Assembly: GCF_028463985.1 (NCBI RefSeq)
Contig: NZ_CP116766.1
Location: 293,286-325,285, forward strand
DNA length: 32,000 nt
Reading direction: 5' to 3'
Origin: Neisseria lisongii
GTDB lineage: Bacteria; Pseudomonadota; Gammaproteobacteria; Burkholderiales; Neisseriaceae
A program made the position numbers and the translations under genes. Each line of letters starts with the position of its first letter. Position 1 is the stretch's first letter. The notes below the pieces were generated by a model. It made no database searches. It saw only the letters and a program-made list of their open reading frames with translations, and had not been told where the DNA came from. Shown piece after piece: positions 8,630 through 17,214 of this stretch.

Positions 8630-8672
8630 CGCCGAAGCCGTCTGAAAATACAGTTTTCAGACGGCTTCGGCG
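8630..8672. terminator. Bidirectional DUS-pair terminator between convergent dacB and the SMR gene
   Basis: 19 bp arms, CGCCGAAGCCGTCTGAAAA / TTTTCAGACGGCTTCGGCG, with a 5 nt loop. Confidence 0.7.
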
Positions 8673-8690
8673 ATATCATTCCAATTAATG

Positions 8691-9023
8691 TTAATGTGCA
8701 GACGAGCGGGAAAACAGATTAATCACCAACACCCCGCTGATAATCATCGCCATACCGATCAATCCCGCCAAATCAGGTTTTTGCCCGAAAACAAAAAACG
8801 CTACTGCAGCCGTCAGCACAATCCCCACGCCCGACCACACGGCGTACACAATGCCGAGCGGCAATGTGCGGGTAATCACCGACATCAAATACAGGGCAAC
8901 CACAAAAGCACTCACGGCGATAACCGCAGGCAACGGTTTGGTAAAACCATCGCTGGCTTTCAGGCAGTTTGTGCCGATTACTTCCGAAACAATCGCACCG
9001 GCCAATAAAATCCACGGGTTCAT
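8691..9023 (-). CDS. emrE: Small multidrug resistance (SMR) efflux protein, EmrE/Qac type
   Basis: 110 aa with 4 TM segments. The essential Glu14 context is AIVSEVIGT. The WSGVGIV motif and the C-terminal tail VLVINLFSRSSAH resemble E. coli EmrE. Confidence 0.85.
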   Translation of the reverse strand: MNPWILLAGAIVSEVIGTNCLKASDGFTKPLPAVIAVSAFVVALYLMSVITRTLPLGIVYAVWSGVGIVLTAAVAFFVFGQKPDLAGLIGMAMIISGVLVINLFSRSSAH

Positions 9024-9227
9024 CGTTGTCTTCCGAATAAAATGGTTGAGAAAACAGGCATTCTAACAAAAAATCATTTTTTGAACAGTTTTGATTTTTG
9101 GTGAATTTTCGTGGCAAATTCGTGATTTTGCCGCTATTTTTATTCAAAAATCAGTGATGCTTCAAACCCCGAAAAAACCTGAAATTTTGTACAAAGGTTG
9201 CACCGGTTTTCTGAGTCTCACATTTCT

Positions 9228-9260
9228 ATGCCGTCTGAAAAATCGATTTTCAGACGGCAT
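9228..9260. repeat. Orphan AT-DUS inverted pair hairpin
   Basis: ATGCCGTCTGAAAAATCGATTTTCAGACGGCAT. No coding gene ends next to it. Confidence 0.7.
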
Positions 9261-9395
9261 GAATGAAAAGCGGGCAAACCGTCTAAAAAACATTCCGACT
9301 ATAGTTAAAACACCGGATTTTCCATACAAATCGACAAACTAATGACAGTCGTAATATGTGGTGGGCAACAAGCTAAGTTGCTCCATCTGCACTTT

Positions 9396-9475
9396 GTTCC
9401 CCTTCCCGCTGGCGGGAAGGGGCTAGGGGAAGGGTGGCTCGCTGTGTGTCATATTTTTTCGGTTGATTTACTATA
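9396..9475. repeat. Truncated right end (fragment C) of the large MITE-like repeat
   Basis: GTTCCCCTTCCCGCTGGCGGGAAGGGGCTAGGGGAAGGGTGGCTCG...TTTTTTCGGTTGATTTACTATA matches the right ~80 bp of copy B (25380-25461). It includes a perfect 11 bp-arm hairpin, CCCCTTCCCGC-TG-GCGGGAAGGGG. Confidence 0.75.
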
Positions 9476-9613
9476 AAAACCCGCCGGTTATTGATAAGAA
9501 AAACAGCAGGTTCTTGTTGTTCGGATATTATCGTGTTAAATTTTGAAAAACTTGTCAAAATATCGTTTGCTGGTTACAATCGCCTACAGTGTTTTCAGAA
9601 AATGGTTTTTATT

Positions 9614-9680
9614 TATAGTGGATTAAATGAAAACCGCTACGGCGTTCCCGCCTTATCCTGCTTTTAATGAATTCACGATA
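9614..9680. mobile_element. Mini Correia-like element (~67 bp)
   Basis: TATAGTGGATTAAATGAAAACCGCTACGGCGTTCCCGCCTTATCCTGCTTTTAATGAATTCACGATA. It has Correia-type termini and an ACGGCGTT..CGCCTT core but lacks the central part. Confidence 0.7.
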
Positions 9681-9733
9681 TTCATCAGAAGAAAAAATGC
9701 CGGCAGCGCCGGTTTCTTAATAAGGAGTCATAC

Positions 9734-11251
9734 ATGAATCCCATGTATATCACGTTTGGGCTGTATCTGATTGCGGTTTTGCTGATTGGCTTGGCCGCCT
9801 ATTTCTCAACCCGCAACTTTGACGACTATATCCTCGGCGGCCGCAGCTTGGGTTCGTTTGTTACCGCCATGTCGGCGGGTGCGTCGGATATGTCGGGCTG
9901 GCTGCTGATGGGCTTGCCCGGTGCGATTTATGCCACCGGTTTGAGCGAGGCATGGATTGCCATCGGCTTGACCATCGGCGCTTGGGCCAACTGGCTGCTG
10001 GTTTCAGGCCGCCTGCGGGTGCATACCGAATACGCCAACAATGCTTTGACCTTGCCGGATTATTTCTATCACCGCTTCGGTGCCAAAGGGCAGGCGATGA
10101 AAGTGATTTCGGCACTGATTATCCTGTTTTTCTTCACCATTTATTGCGCTTCCGGCGTGGTGGCGGGCGCACGCCTGTTTCAAAGTCTGTTTGAAGGCAT
10201 GAGCTATGAAACCGCCATGTGGCTGGGCGCAGGTGCGACCATTGCCTACACCTTTATCGGCGGCTTCTTGGCGGTGAGCTGGACGGATACCGTACAGGCA
10301 AGCCTGATGCTGTTTGCCCTGATTTTAACCCCGGTTATGGTGTATCTCAGCTTGGGCGGCGCAGCCGAAATGACCGCCGCCGTTCATGCCGTTGCCGCCG
10401 AAACCGGCAAAGAATACGGCAGCCTGTTTGCCGGAACGACTTTCCTCGGTATTATTTCCACCGCCGCATGGGGCTTGGGCTATTTCGGTCAACCGCATAT
10501 TCTGGCACGCTTTATGGCGGCTGAAAATGTCAAATCCCTTACCAACGCCCGCCGTATCGGCATGACTTGGATGATTATCTGTTTGGGCGGTGCCGTTGCC
10601 GTCGGTTATTTCGGCATTGCCTATTTCGGCGGCCATCCGGAGCAACTCAGTGCCATGGGCGGCAACAACGAACGCATTTTCATCGCCTTGGCAACGCTGC
10701 TGTTTAACCCTTGGATTGCCGGCATTATCCTGAGCGCCATCTTGGCCGCCGTGATGTCCACCCTGTCTTGCCAACTGCTGGTATGTTCCAGCGCCATCAC
10801 CGAAGACTTTTACAAAGGCTTCCTGCGTCCGAACGCCGAACAAAAAGAGTTGGTATGGGTCGGCCGCCTGATGGTGTTGTCGGTTGCCGTGATTGCCATT
10901 CTGATTGCCGCCAACCCCGACAGCAAAGTATTGGGGCTGGTATCCTACGCATGGGCCGGTTTCGGTGCTGCTTTCGGTCCGGTGGTGATTTTATCGGTAT
11001 TGTGGAAACGCATGACCGCCAACGGCGCATTGTTCGGCATGATTGCCGGTGCCGTTGTGGTGGTATTGTGGGCGCAGCTCGCCAACCCCGCCCTTGCCGC
11101 TGCCGGTCTGCCGACCATGTACGAAATCGTTCCCGGCTTTATCGCCTGCGGATTGGTCGTATTTGTCGTTTCCCTGCTCGGCAAACAGCCTGATGCGCAC
11201 ATTCTGGAAAAATTTGAAAAAGCCGATGCACAATATCGTGCCGAACGCTGA
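9734..11251 (+). CDS. putP: Sodium/proline symporter PutP (SSS family)
   Basis: 505 aa multi-TM protein with a typical PutP N-terminus (...YILGGRSLGSFVTAMSAGASDMSGWLLMGLPGAIY). AAGGAG RBS at 9722-9727. Adjacent to putA. Confidence 0.92.
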   Translation: MNPMYITFGLYLIAVLLIGLAAYFSTRNFDDYILGGRSLGSFVTAMSAGASDMSGWLLMGLPGAIYATGLSEAWIAIGLTIGAWANWLLVSGRLRVHTEYANNALTLPDYFYHRFGAKGQAMKVISALIILFFFTIYCASGVVAGARLFQSLFEGMSYETAMWLGAGATIAYTFIGGFLAVSWTDTVQASLMLFALILTPVMVYLSLGGAAEMTAAVHAVAAETGKEYGSLFAGTTFLGIISTAAWGLGYFGQPHILARFMAAENVKSLTNARRIGMTWMIICLGGAVAVGYFGIAYFGGHPEQLSAMGGNNERIFIALATLLFNPWIAGIILSAILAAVMSTLSCQLLVCSSAITEDFYKGFLRPNAEQKELVWVGRLMVLSVAVIAILIAANPDSKVLGLVSYAWAGFGAAFGPVVILSVLWKRMTANGALFGMIAGAVVVVLWAQLANPALAAAGLPTMYEIVPGFIACGLVVFVVSLLGKQPDAHILEKFEKADAQYRAER

Positions 11252-11267
11252 TTTGAATGAATGAAAT

Positions 11268-11316
11268 AAACCCTGAGGCCGTCTGAAAACCTGATTTTCA
11301 GACGGCCTCAGGGTTT
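11268..11316. terminator. Bidirectional DUS-pair terminator between convergent putP and the cyclodeaminase-family gene
   Basis: AAACCCTGAGGCCGTCTGAAAACCTGATTTTCAGACGGCCTCAGGGTTT, with arms of about 21 bp. Confidence 0.7.
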
Positions 11317-11322
11317 AAGGTT

Positions 11323-12267
11323 TCAAGGGTTTAAGGTTTCGTAAGCCAAAACCGCAGCCGCCAGATCTTCCAGCGCCGAGCCGACTGATTTGAACACGGT
11401 AATTTCATGCTGATTCAGACGGCCTTGATGGTGGTTGCGGCATAAATCGCTCAAAGTTGCTTTGACTTGTTCGGGCGCAAAAATACCGGCCTGAATCGGC
11501 GACAGCAAATCGCCGGCTTTCATTAAGGCTTCTTCGGTATCGACAAATACGCTGGTGTCGGCAAAACAGGCATCATCGCTTTCCCGCATTTCGGGCGTAA
11601 AACCGCCGATTAAGTCCAAATGCGTTCCCGGCCGCAGCCATTCCCGTTTGATCAGTGGAGTGGTGGACAAGGTGGCGCAACTGACAATATCCGACTGTTT
11701 TACCGCCTCTTCCAAGCTGGACACCGCTTCTGCAGCCAGCCCTTTTTTCTGCAACCGGCTGGCTAATGCTTCTGCTTTGTGGTGCGTTTGATTCCAAATC
11801 AGGAATTTCTGAATCGGGCGGACGCTCAAATAGGCTTCGGCCAATAATTCTGCGACCCAACCGGCCCCGACAATCAGCAAAGTCCGGCTGTTTTCCCTGC
11901 TTAGATAACGGGCGGCCAGTGCAGACGATGCGGCCGTCCGGCGGGAAGTGATGCTGTCGCCGTCAAAAATTGCCGCCGGTTTGCCGGTTTGGGCGCTGTA
12001 TAAAATATAGACTGAATGCAGGCCGGGTAGATGATGTTGATGATTGCCGGGAAAAATTGAAACCGTTTTGACACCCAGCCAAGATTGCGGCTGCCATGCG
12101 GGCATTAATAAGAGTGTGCCGAGTTTGCCGCCTTCGGCGTTATTGATGGCATGGTTGTGGCGTAAAGGCACTTCGCAGCCGTCTGAAAACATCTTTTTGA
12201 TGGCCTGTACCAGTTTGGGAAACGGGAGGGCGGCGGAAGTTTGTTGTGAATCATAGTGCAACATCAT
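11323..12267 (-). CDS. Ornithine cyclodeaminase / mu-crystallin family protein (NAD-dependent; exact substrate unknown)
   Basis: 314 aa. The Rossmann motif LLIVGAGWVA lies mid-protein, and overall length and layout are typical of the OCD/mu-crystallin family. Confidence 0.8.
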   Translation of the reverse strand: MMLHYDSQQTSAALPFPKLVQAIKKMFSDGCEVPLRHNHAINNAEGGKLGTLLLMPAWQPQSWLGVKTVSIFPGNHQHHLPGLHSVYILYSAQTGKPAAIFDGDSITSRRTAASSALAARYLSRENSRTLLIVGAGWVAELLAEAYLSVRPIQKFLIWNQTHHKAEALASRLQKKGLAAEAVSSLEEAVKQSDIVSCATLSTTPLIKREWLRPGTHLDLIGGFTPEMRESDDACFADTSVFVDTEEALMKAGDLLSPIQAGIFAPEQVKATLSDLCRNHHQGRLNQHEITVFKSVGSALEDLAAAVLAYETLNP

Positions 12268-12554
12268 TTTTTGCCTTTTAAAGTGAATTGGCTATTTTAT
12301 AAAAATTTCTATATGAAAACTTATCCTGTCAAAACCAAGCATGTCAATTTGCCCGAATGAACATTTGCATAGATGTTTTCAATCAAAAAGTTAAAAACAG
12401 CACCAATCAGAAAAATTCTTTCAGCAATAATTAACTTAAATCAAAAAATAATAAGAAAATCGCTTTCATTTGCATTAGAATATCAAAGTTCGGCCGTTTG
12501 GCCGCTGCGTTTAAGAAATCGAGCATTTTCATTTTGTTCAGGAGAAACCCCATT

Positions 12555-15500
12555 ATGTTCCACTTTGCCCATCAGCAACAAAGCGCTTTGCGCGATGCGG
12601 TAACCCGTGCCTACCGTCGTGATGAAATCGAAGCCGTGCAGGATATGCTGCAGCAGGCGCAGATGAGTGATGAAGAGAAGCAGGCCGCCGACAGTTTGGC
12701 GCGCCGTTTGGTCACGCAGGTGCGGGCGAGCCGTACTAAGGCCAGCGGCGTAGATGCGCTGATGCACGAGTTTTCGCTGTCGAGCGAAGAGGGCGTGGCG
12801 CTGATGTGTTTGGCGGAGGCGTTGCTGCGGATTCCGGATAAGGCAACCCGGGATAAATTGATTGCCGACAAACTTTCAGACGGCAATTGGAAAAAACACC
12901 TCAACAACAGCCCGTCTTTATTTGTTAATGCAGCGGCGTGGGGCTTGCTGGTAACGGGCAAGCTGACGGCGAAAAGTGACGAACAGAGCCTTGGTGCGGC
13001 GCTGACCCGCATGATGGGCAAGGGCGGTGCGCCGTTAATCCGCAAGGGCGTGGATTATGCGATGCGTCTGCTGGGCAAGCAGTTTGTAACCGGACAGACG
13101 ATTGAGGAAGCGCTGCAAAACGGCAAAGAGCGTGAAAAAATGGGCTACCGTTTTTCGTTCGATATGTTGGGCGAGGCGGCTTATACGCAGGCGGATGCCG
13201 ACCGTTATTATCAAGACTATATCAATGCGATTCATGCCATCGGCAAAGATGCAGGTGCGGCGGGCGTGTATGAGGGCAACGGCATTTCGGTGAAACTGTC
13301 CGCCATTCACCCCCGTTATGTGCGGGCGCAGCACAAGCGGGTGATGGAGGAATTGCTGCCCCGCCTCAAAGCGCTGTATCTCTTGGGTAAACAATACAAT
13401 ATCGGTATCAATATCGATGCCGAAGAAGCCAATCGGCTGGAATTGTCGCTGGATTTGATGGAAGCGTTGGTGTCCGATCCCGATTTGGCGGGCTACAACG
13501 GCATTGGTTTTGTGGTGCAGGCATATCAGAAACGCTGCCCGTTTGTGATTGATTATCTGATTGATTTGGCACGCCGCAATAATCAGAAACTGATGATTCG
13601 TCTGGTTAAAGGCGCATATTGGGACAGCGAAATCAAATGGGCGCAGGTGGACGGTATGAGCGGCTACCCGACCTATACCCGCAAAGTGCATACCGATATT
13701 TCCTATCTTGCCTGCGCCCGCAAACTGCTGGCGGCGCAAGATGCCGTGTTCCCGCAGTTTGCCACCCACAATGCCTACACGCTGGCGGCGATTTATCAAA
13801 TGGGCAAAGGCAAAGATTTTGAACACCAATGCCTGCACGGCATGGGCGAAACCCTGTACGACCAAGTGGTCGGCGAGAAAAACCTCGGCCGCAGAGTGCG
13901 GATTTATGCGCCGGTCGGCACGCATGAAACGCTGTTGGCGTATTTGGTGCGCCGTCTGCTCGAAAACGGGGCAAACTCTTCATTTGTCAATCAAATCGTT
14001 GATGAAAAAATCAGCATTGACGAATTAATCCGCAGTCCGTTTGACACCGTGGCGGAACAGGGTATCCACCTGCATCCGGCGTTGCCGCTGCCGAGAGATT
14101 TATACGGCAAAGGCCGTCTGAATTCGCAAGGTTTGGATTTGAGCAACGAACACATTCTGCAAGAATTGCAGGAACAGATGAACCAAGCGGCGCAACAGCA
14201 TTTTCAGACGGCCTCTCTGGTGAATGGAGAAAGCCGCAGCGTTGCCGCCGAACAGCCGGTACGCAATCCGGCGGATCACAGCGATGTGGTCGGCACGGTC
14301 AGCTTTGCCGATGCCGATTTGGCGCAAGAAGCCGTTGCCGCTGCCGTTGCCGCCCAAGCTCAATGGAACGCAACGCCGGCTGCCGAACGTGCCGCCTGCC
14401 TGCGCCGCATTGCCGATTTGTTTGAACAGAATATGCCGGTGCTGATGATGCTGGCGGTGCGGGAAGCGGGCAAAACGCTCAACAACGCCATTGCCGAAGT
14501 GCGGGAAGCCGTCGATTTCTGCCGCTATTATGCCGACGAAGCCGAGCAGACCTTACCGGCCGATAATCAAAGTTTGGGTACAGTAGTTGCCATCAGCCCG
14601 TGGAACTTCCCGTTGGCAATTTTTACCGGCGAAGTCGTGTCCGCACTGGCCGCAGGCAATACCGTGGTTGCCAAACCCGCCGAACAAACCAGCCTGATTG
14701 CCGCCTACGCCGTATCCTTAATGCACCAAGCCGGTATTCCTGCCGCCGCATTGCAGCTGGTATTGGGCGCAGGCGATGTCGGCGCAGCATTGACGCAGGA
14801 CGAACGCATCGGCGGCGTGATTTTCACCGGCTCGACCGAAGTGGCACGCCTGATTAACCAAACCTTAGCCAAACGTGCCGACCAGCCGGTATTGATTGCC
14901 GAAACCGGCGGCCAAAACGCCATGATTGTCGATTCCACTGCCTTAGCCGAGCAAGTATGTGCCGATGTCTTGAATTCCGCCTTCGATTCGGCCGGTCAGC
15001 GCTGTTCCGCCCTGCGGATTTTATGCGTACAGGAAGACGTTGCCGACCACATGATCGGCATGATTAAAGGCGCAATGAACGAGCTGAACGTCGGCAACCC
15101 GCGCTGCCTGATCACCGATGTCGGCCCCGTAATCGATGCCGAAGCCCAACAGAATCTGGCGGCACACATTGCCAAAATGAAAACCGTCGCCAAGGCATAC
15201 CACGAAATCAGGCCGTCTGAAAATGTTGATGCGGCACAATCCACCTTTATTGCGCCGGTGTTGTTTGAACTGAACAACCTCAACGAATTACAACGGGAAG
15301 TGTTCGGCCCCGTGTTGCACGTTATCCGCTACCGTGCCGACCAGCTCGACAACCTGATCGACCAAATCAACAGCAAAGGCTACGCCCTCACACACGGCGT
15401 ACACAGCCGGATTGATGCCACCATCGACCATATCCGCAGCCGTATCGAAGCCGGTAACGTTTACATCAACCGCAACATTGTCGGCGCAGTGGTCGGCGTA

Positions 15501-16163
15501 CAGCCGTTCGGCGGCCACGGTTTGTCTGGCACCGGCCCGAAAGCCGGTGGCCCGTTCTACCTGCAACGCCTGAGCCGTCTGCAAGAATGGGTTATGCCGA
15601 CCCTGAGCAAAATCGGTCAGGCAGACCAAGCCGCCCTCAAACGACTGGAAGACGTGTTGCACAGTTTACCGCTCTTGGTAGACGAACAAAAAGCCGCCGC
15701 AGCCGCATTGGGTCAGGCACGCATCCGCACCCTGCGGCAAGCCCAAAGCATATTGAGCGGCCCGACCGGCGAACGCAACATCCTAAGCTGGCACGCCCCG
15801 AAACGGGTATGGCTATACGGCGGCACACTGGCGCAAGCCTTCACCGCACTGACCTACCTCGCCGCCGCAGGTGTGATGGCCGTGGTCGGCAACGACAGCC
15901 CGCTGGCCGAACATGCCGACAAACTGAACGGCCTATTGCTCGTCAGCGCCCAACCGCAGCAAGCCGGTATCAGCCACATCGCCGCACTGGAAACCCTGCC
16001 GGTCGAAATCAAACAGACCGCCGCCGCCACCGACGGCCCGCTGATTCGAATCCTACCGTCTGAAAACGGCTTGGACATCGTACAGGTGTTTGAAGAAATC
16101 TCATGCAGCATCAACACCACCGCCGCCGGCGGCAACGCCAGCCTGATGGCAATGGCGGATTAA
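12555..16163 (+). CDS. putA: Bifunctional proline dehydrogenase / L-glutamate-gamma-semialdehyde (P5C) dehydrogenase PutA
   Basis: Start moved to the ATG at 12555, with AGGAGA RBS at 12540-12545. 1202 aa: a PRODH barrel, then an ALDH domain (WNFPLAI, ETGGQNA, catalytic Cys in GQRCSA), then a C-terminal domain. No N-terminal ribbon-helix-helix extension is evident. Confidence 0.93.
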   Translation: MFHFAHQQQSALRDAVTRAYRRDEIEAVQDMLQQAQMSDEEKQAADSLARRLVTQVRASRTKASGVDALMHEFSLSSEEGVALMCLAEALLRIPDKATRDKLIADKLSDGNWKKHLNNSPSLFVNAAAWGLLVTGKLTAKSDEQSLGAALTRMMGKGGAPLIRKGVDYAMRLLGKQFVTGQTIEEALQNGKEREKMGYRFSFDMLGEAAYTQADADRYYQDYINAIHAIGKDAGAAGVYEGNGISVKLSAIHPRYVRAQHKRVMEELLPRLKALYLLGKQYNIGINIDAEEANRLELSLDLMEALVSDPDLAGYNGIGFVVQAYQKRCPFVIDYLIDLARRNNQKLMIRLVKGAYWDSEIKWAQVDGMSGYPTYTRKVHTDISYLACARKLLAAQDAVFPQFATHNAYTLAAIYQMGKGKDFEHQCLHGMGETLYDQVVGEKNLGRRVRIYAPVGTHETLLAYLVRRLLENGANSSFVNQIVDEKISIDELIRSPFDTVAEQGIHLHPALPLPRDLYGKGRLNSQGLDLSNEHILQELQEQMNQAAQQHFQTASLVNGESRSVAAEQPVRNPADHSDVVGTVSFADADLAQEAVAAAVAAQAQWNATPAAERAACLRRIADLFEQNMPVLMMLAVREAGKTLNNAIAEVREAVDFCRYYADEAEQTLPADNQSLGTVVAISPWNFPLAIFTGEVVSALAAGNTVVAKPAEQTSLIAAYAVSLMHQAGIPAAALQLVLGAGDVGAALTQDERIGGVIFTGSTEVARLINQTLAKRADQPVLIAETGGQNAMIVDSTALAEQVCADVLNSAFDSAGQRCSALRILCVQEDVADHMIGMIKGAMNELNVGNPRCLITDVGPVIDAEAQQNLAAHIAKMKTVAKAYHEIRPSENVDAAQSTFIAPVLFELNNLNELQREVFGPVLHVIRYRADQLDNLIDQINSKGYALTHGVHSRIDATIDHIRSRIEAGNVYINRNIVGAVVGVQPFGGHGLSGTGPKAGGPFYLQRLSRLQEWVMPTLSKIGQADQAALKRLEDVLHSLPLLVDEQKAAAAALGQARIRTLRQAQSILSGPTGERNILSWHAPKRVWLYGGTLAQAFTALTYLAAAGVMAVVGNDSPLAEHADKLNGLLLVSAQPQQAGISHIAALETLPVEIKQTAAATDGPLIRILPSENGLDIVQVFEEISCSINTTAAGGNASLMAMAD

Positions 16164-16174
16164 ATCCGTATCGG

Positions 16175-16212
16175 CAAAAAAAGCTGCCCGAAAAAAATCG
16201 GGCAGCTTTTTT
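16175..16212. terminator. Rho-independent terminator shared by convergent putA and the XRE gene
   Basis: Stem AAGCTGCCCG / CGGGCAGCTT with an A-rich loop, an A-run upstream and a T6 run downstream. An AT-DUS follows at 16215-16224. Confidence 0.8.
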
Positions 16213-16264
16213 ATGCCGTCTGAAAATAGAGGTAAGATCGGTGGTGCGTTATTTATATTCCACT

Positions 16265-16606
16265 TCAGTAATTTTTGTTATGTGTTTGAATCAGGCTAAT
16301 AATTAATTGATGAAGGGTATTTTGTATTTCAGATGGAAGTTGAATAAACAAACTGTCAATAGGCATATTTTGCCAATTTTTTTGTATATCTTCATGTTTT
16401 TCCAATTGTTCGGCTAACAAGAAAATTTGTGATACTGAACAGCCGAAGGCTTTAGCTAAATATTGAAGTATTGCAGGGCTGTATCCTTGGTTTCCATTTT
16501 CCAAGTTTGAAATATTACTTTTAGAGGTATTGGCAAAGTCGGCAAGTTGCTGTTGTGTCCAACCTCTTTGCTTACGTAGATAGTGTATGGCGGTTCCGAT
16601 ATTCAT
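16265..16606 (-). CDS. XRE/Cro-CI family helix-turn-helix transcriptional regulator with a ~45 aa C-terminal extension
   Basis: 113 aa. The HTH_3 signature is LRKQRGWTQQQLADFANTSKSNISNLENGNQ. Lies in a low-GC segment. Confidence 0.85.
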   Translation of the reverse strand: MNIGTAIHYLRKQRGWTQQQLADFANTSKSNISNLENGNQGYSPAILQYLAKAFGCSVSQIFLLAEQLEKHEDIQKNWQNMPIDSLFIQLPSEIQNTLHQLIISLIQTHNKNY

Positions 16607-16658
16607 TCCTTAATGGTAAGAAAATACGATAAAAATTTGTATCTAATCACAAAACTAT

Positions 16659-16705
16659 TTGCATAATAAGTATTGTTATGCAATACTTCTGTTTTGTAAT
16701 ACAGA
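16659..16705. promoter_or_regulatory. Cluster of three palindromes in the XRE/lipoprotein divergent control region (candidate operators)
   Basis: TTGCATAA-N9-TTATGCAA (16659-16683), GTATTG-N5-CAATAC (16670-16686) and TCTGT-N8-ACAGA (16688-16705). All are perfect and partly overlapping. Confidence 0.5.
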
Positions 16706-16745
16706 ATTTTTAGATTTAGACTATTTTAATTTAAAGAGGTGCAAG

Positions 16746-17168
16746 ATGAAATTAAGATATTTATCGCTGATGATTATGCCTTTATTATCTGCCTGCGGGG
16801 GATTGCCTGCTTGTGATTCAAAGGAGGCAAGGAATTTAATTGAGCAAATAATCAATCAACGTTCTATTGAAGTCGGAAAATTTGTCAAATTAGATGAAAT
16901 TGAAGAGTCTGCATATGGAACAATTCCTGCAAAGAAACCATTTAAATACCAAAGTTTACGTGATCTGCGTAAAAATGAAAATGGTGAGCTTTATGTTGTT
17001 GGAGAATCTGCTAAAGTTGATGAGATTAATGCTAAGAACTATAACGAGAAATCTGAAGTTCGTGTTTGTACGGCAGACCTGATTACAACTTATGGAACTG
17101 AAAATATTACTTACAACATTTCTTGGCAAGATAAAGATCAGGGTATGTTTGAGGTAGAAGTAAGATAA
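16746..17168 (+). CDS. Small hypothetical lipoprotein (orphan, family not recognised)
   Basis: Start moved to the ATG at 16746, with AAGAGGTG RBS just upstream. Signal and lipobox MKLRYLSLMIMPLLSAC. 140 aa, low GC. I recognise no motif. Confidence 0.7.
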   Translation: MKLRYLSLMIMPLLSACGGLPACDSKEARNLIEQIINQRSIEVGKFVKLDEIEESAYGTIPAKKPFKYQSLRDLRKNENGELYVVGESAKVDEINAKNYNEKSEVRVCTADLITTYGTENITYNISWQDKDQGMFEVEVR

Positions 17169-17192
17169 TTTTGAATAAAAAGGAAGTTTTGT

Positions 17193-17214
17193 AGAGGGCA
17201 ACTTGTTGCCCTCT
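17193..17214 (+). terminator. Hairpin downstream of the lipoprotein gene
   Basis: AGAGGGCAAC-TT-GTTGCCCTCT with 10 bp arms. The following T tract is weak (AATTTC). Confidence 0.45.

Noticed and set aside
9024-9130. Possible guanidine riboswitch (mini-ykkC or ykkC type) in the leader of the SMR gene.
   Set aside because: The protein looks EmrE/Qac-type rather than Gdx/SugE-type. I see no paired ACGR-loop hairpins or other recognisable riboswitch core, only one weak GGCAAA...TTTGCC stem.
9699-9720. Small hairpin CCGGC-AGC-GCCGG followed by TTTCTT just upstream of the putP RBS, considered as a possible attenuator.
   Set aside because: The stem is only 5 bp with a 3 nt loop. That is too weak to call without expression data.
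13035-13925. 296 aa minus-strand ORF inside putA, plus many shorter overlapping ORFs through 12600-16135.
   Set aside because: These are shadow frames of the well-supported putA gene, with no RBS or recognisable domains.
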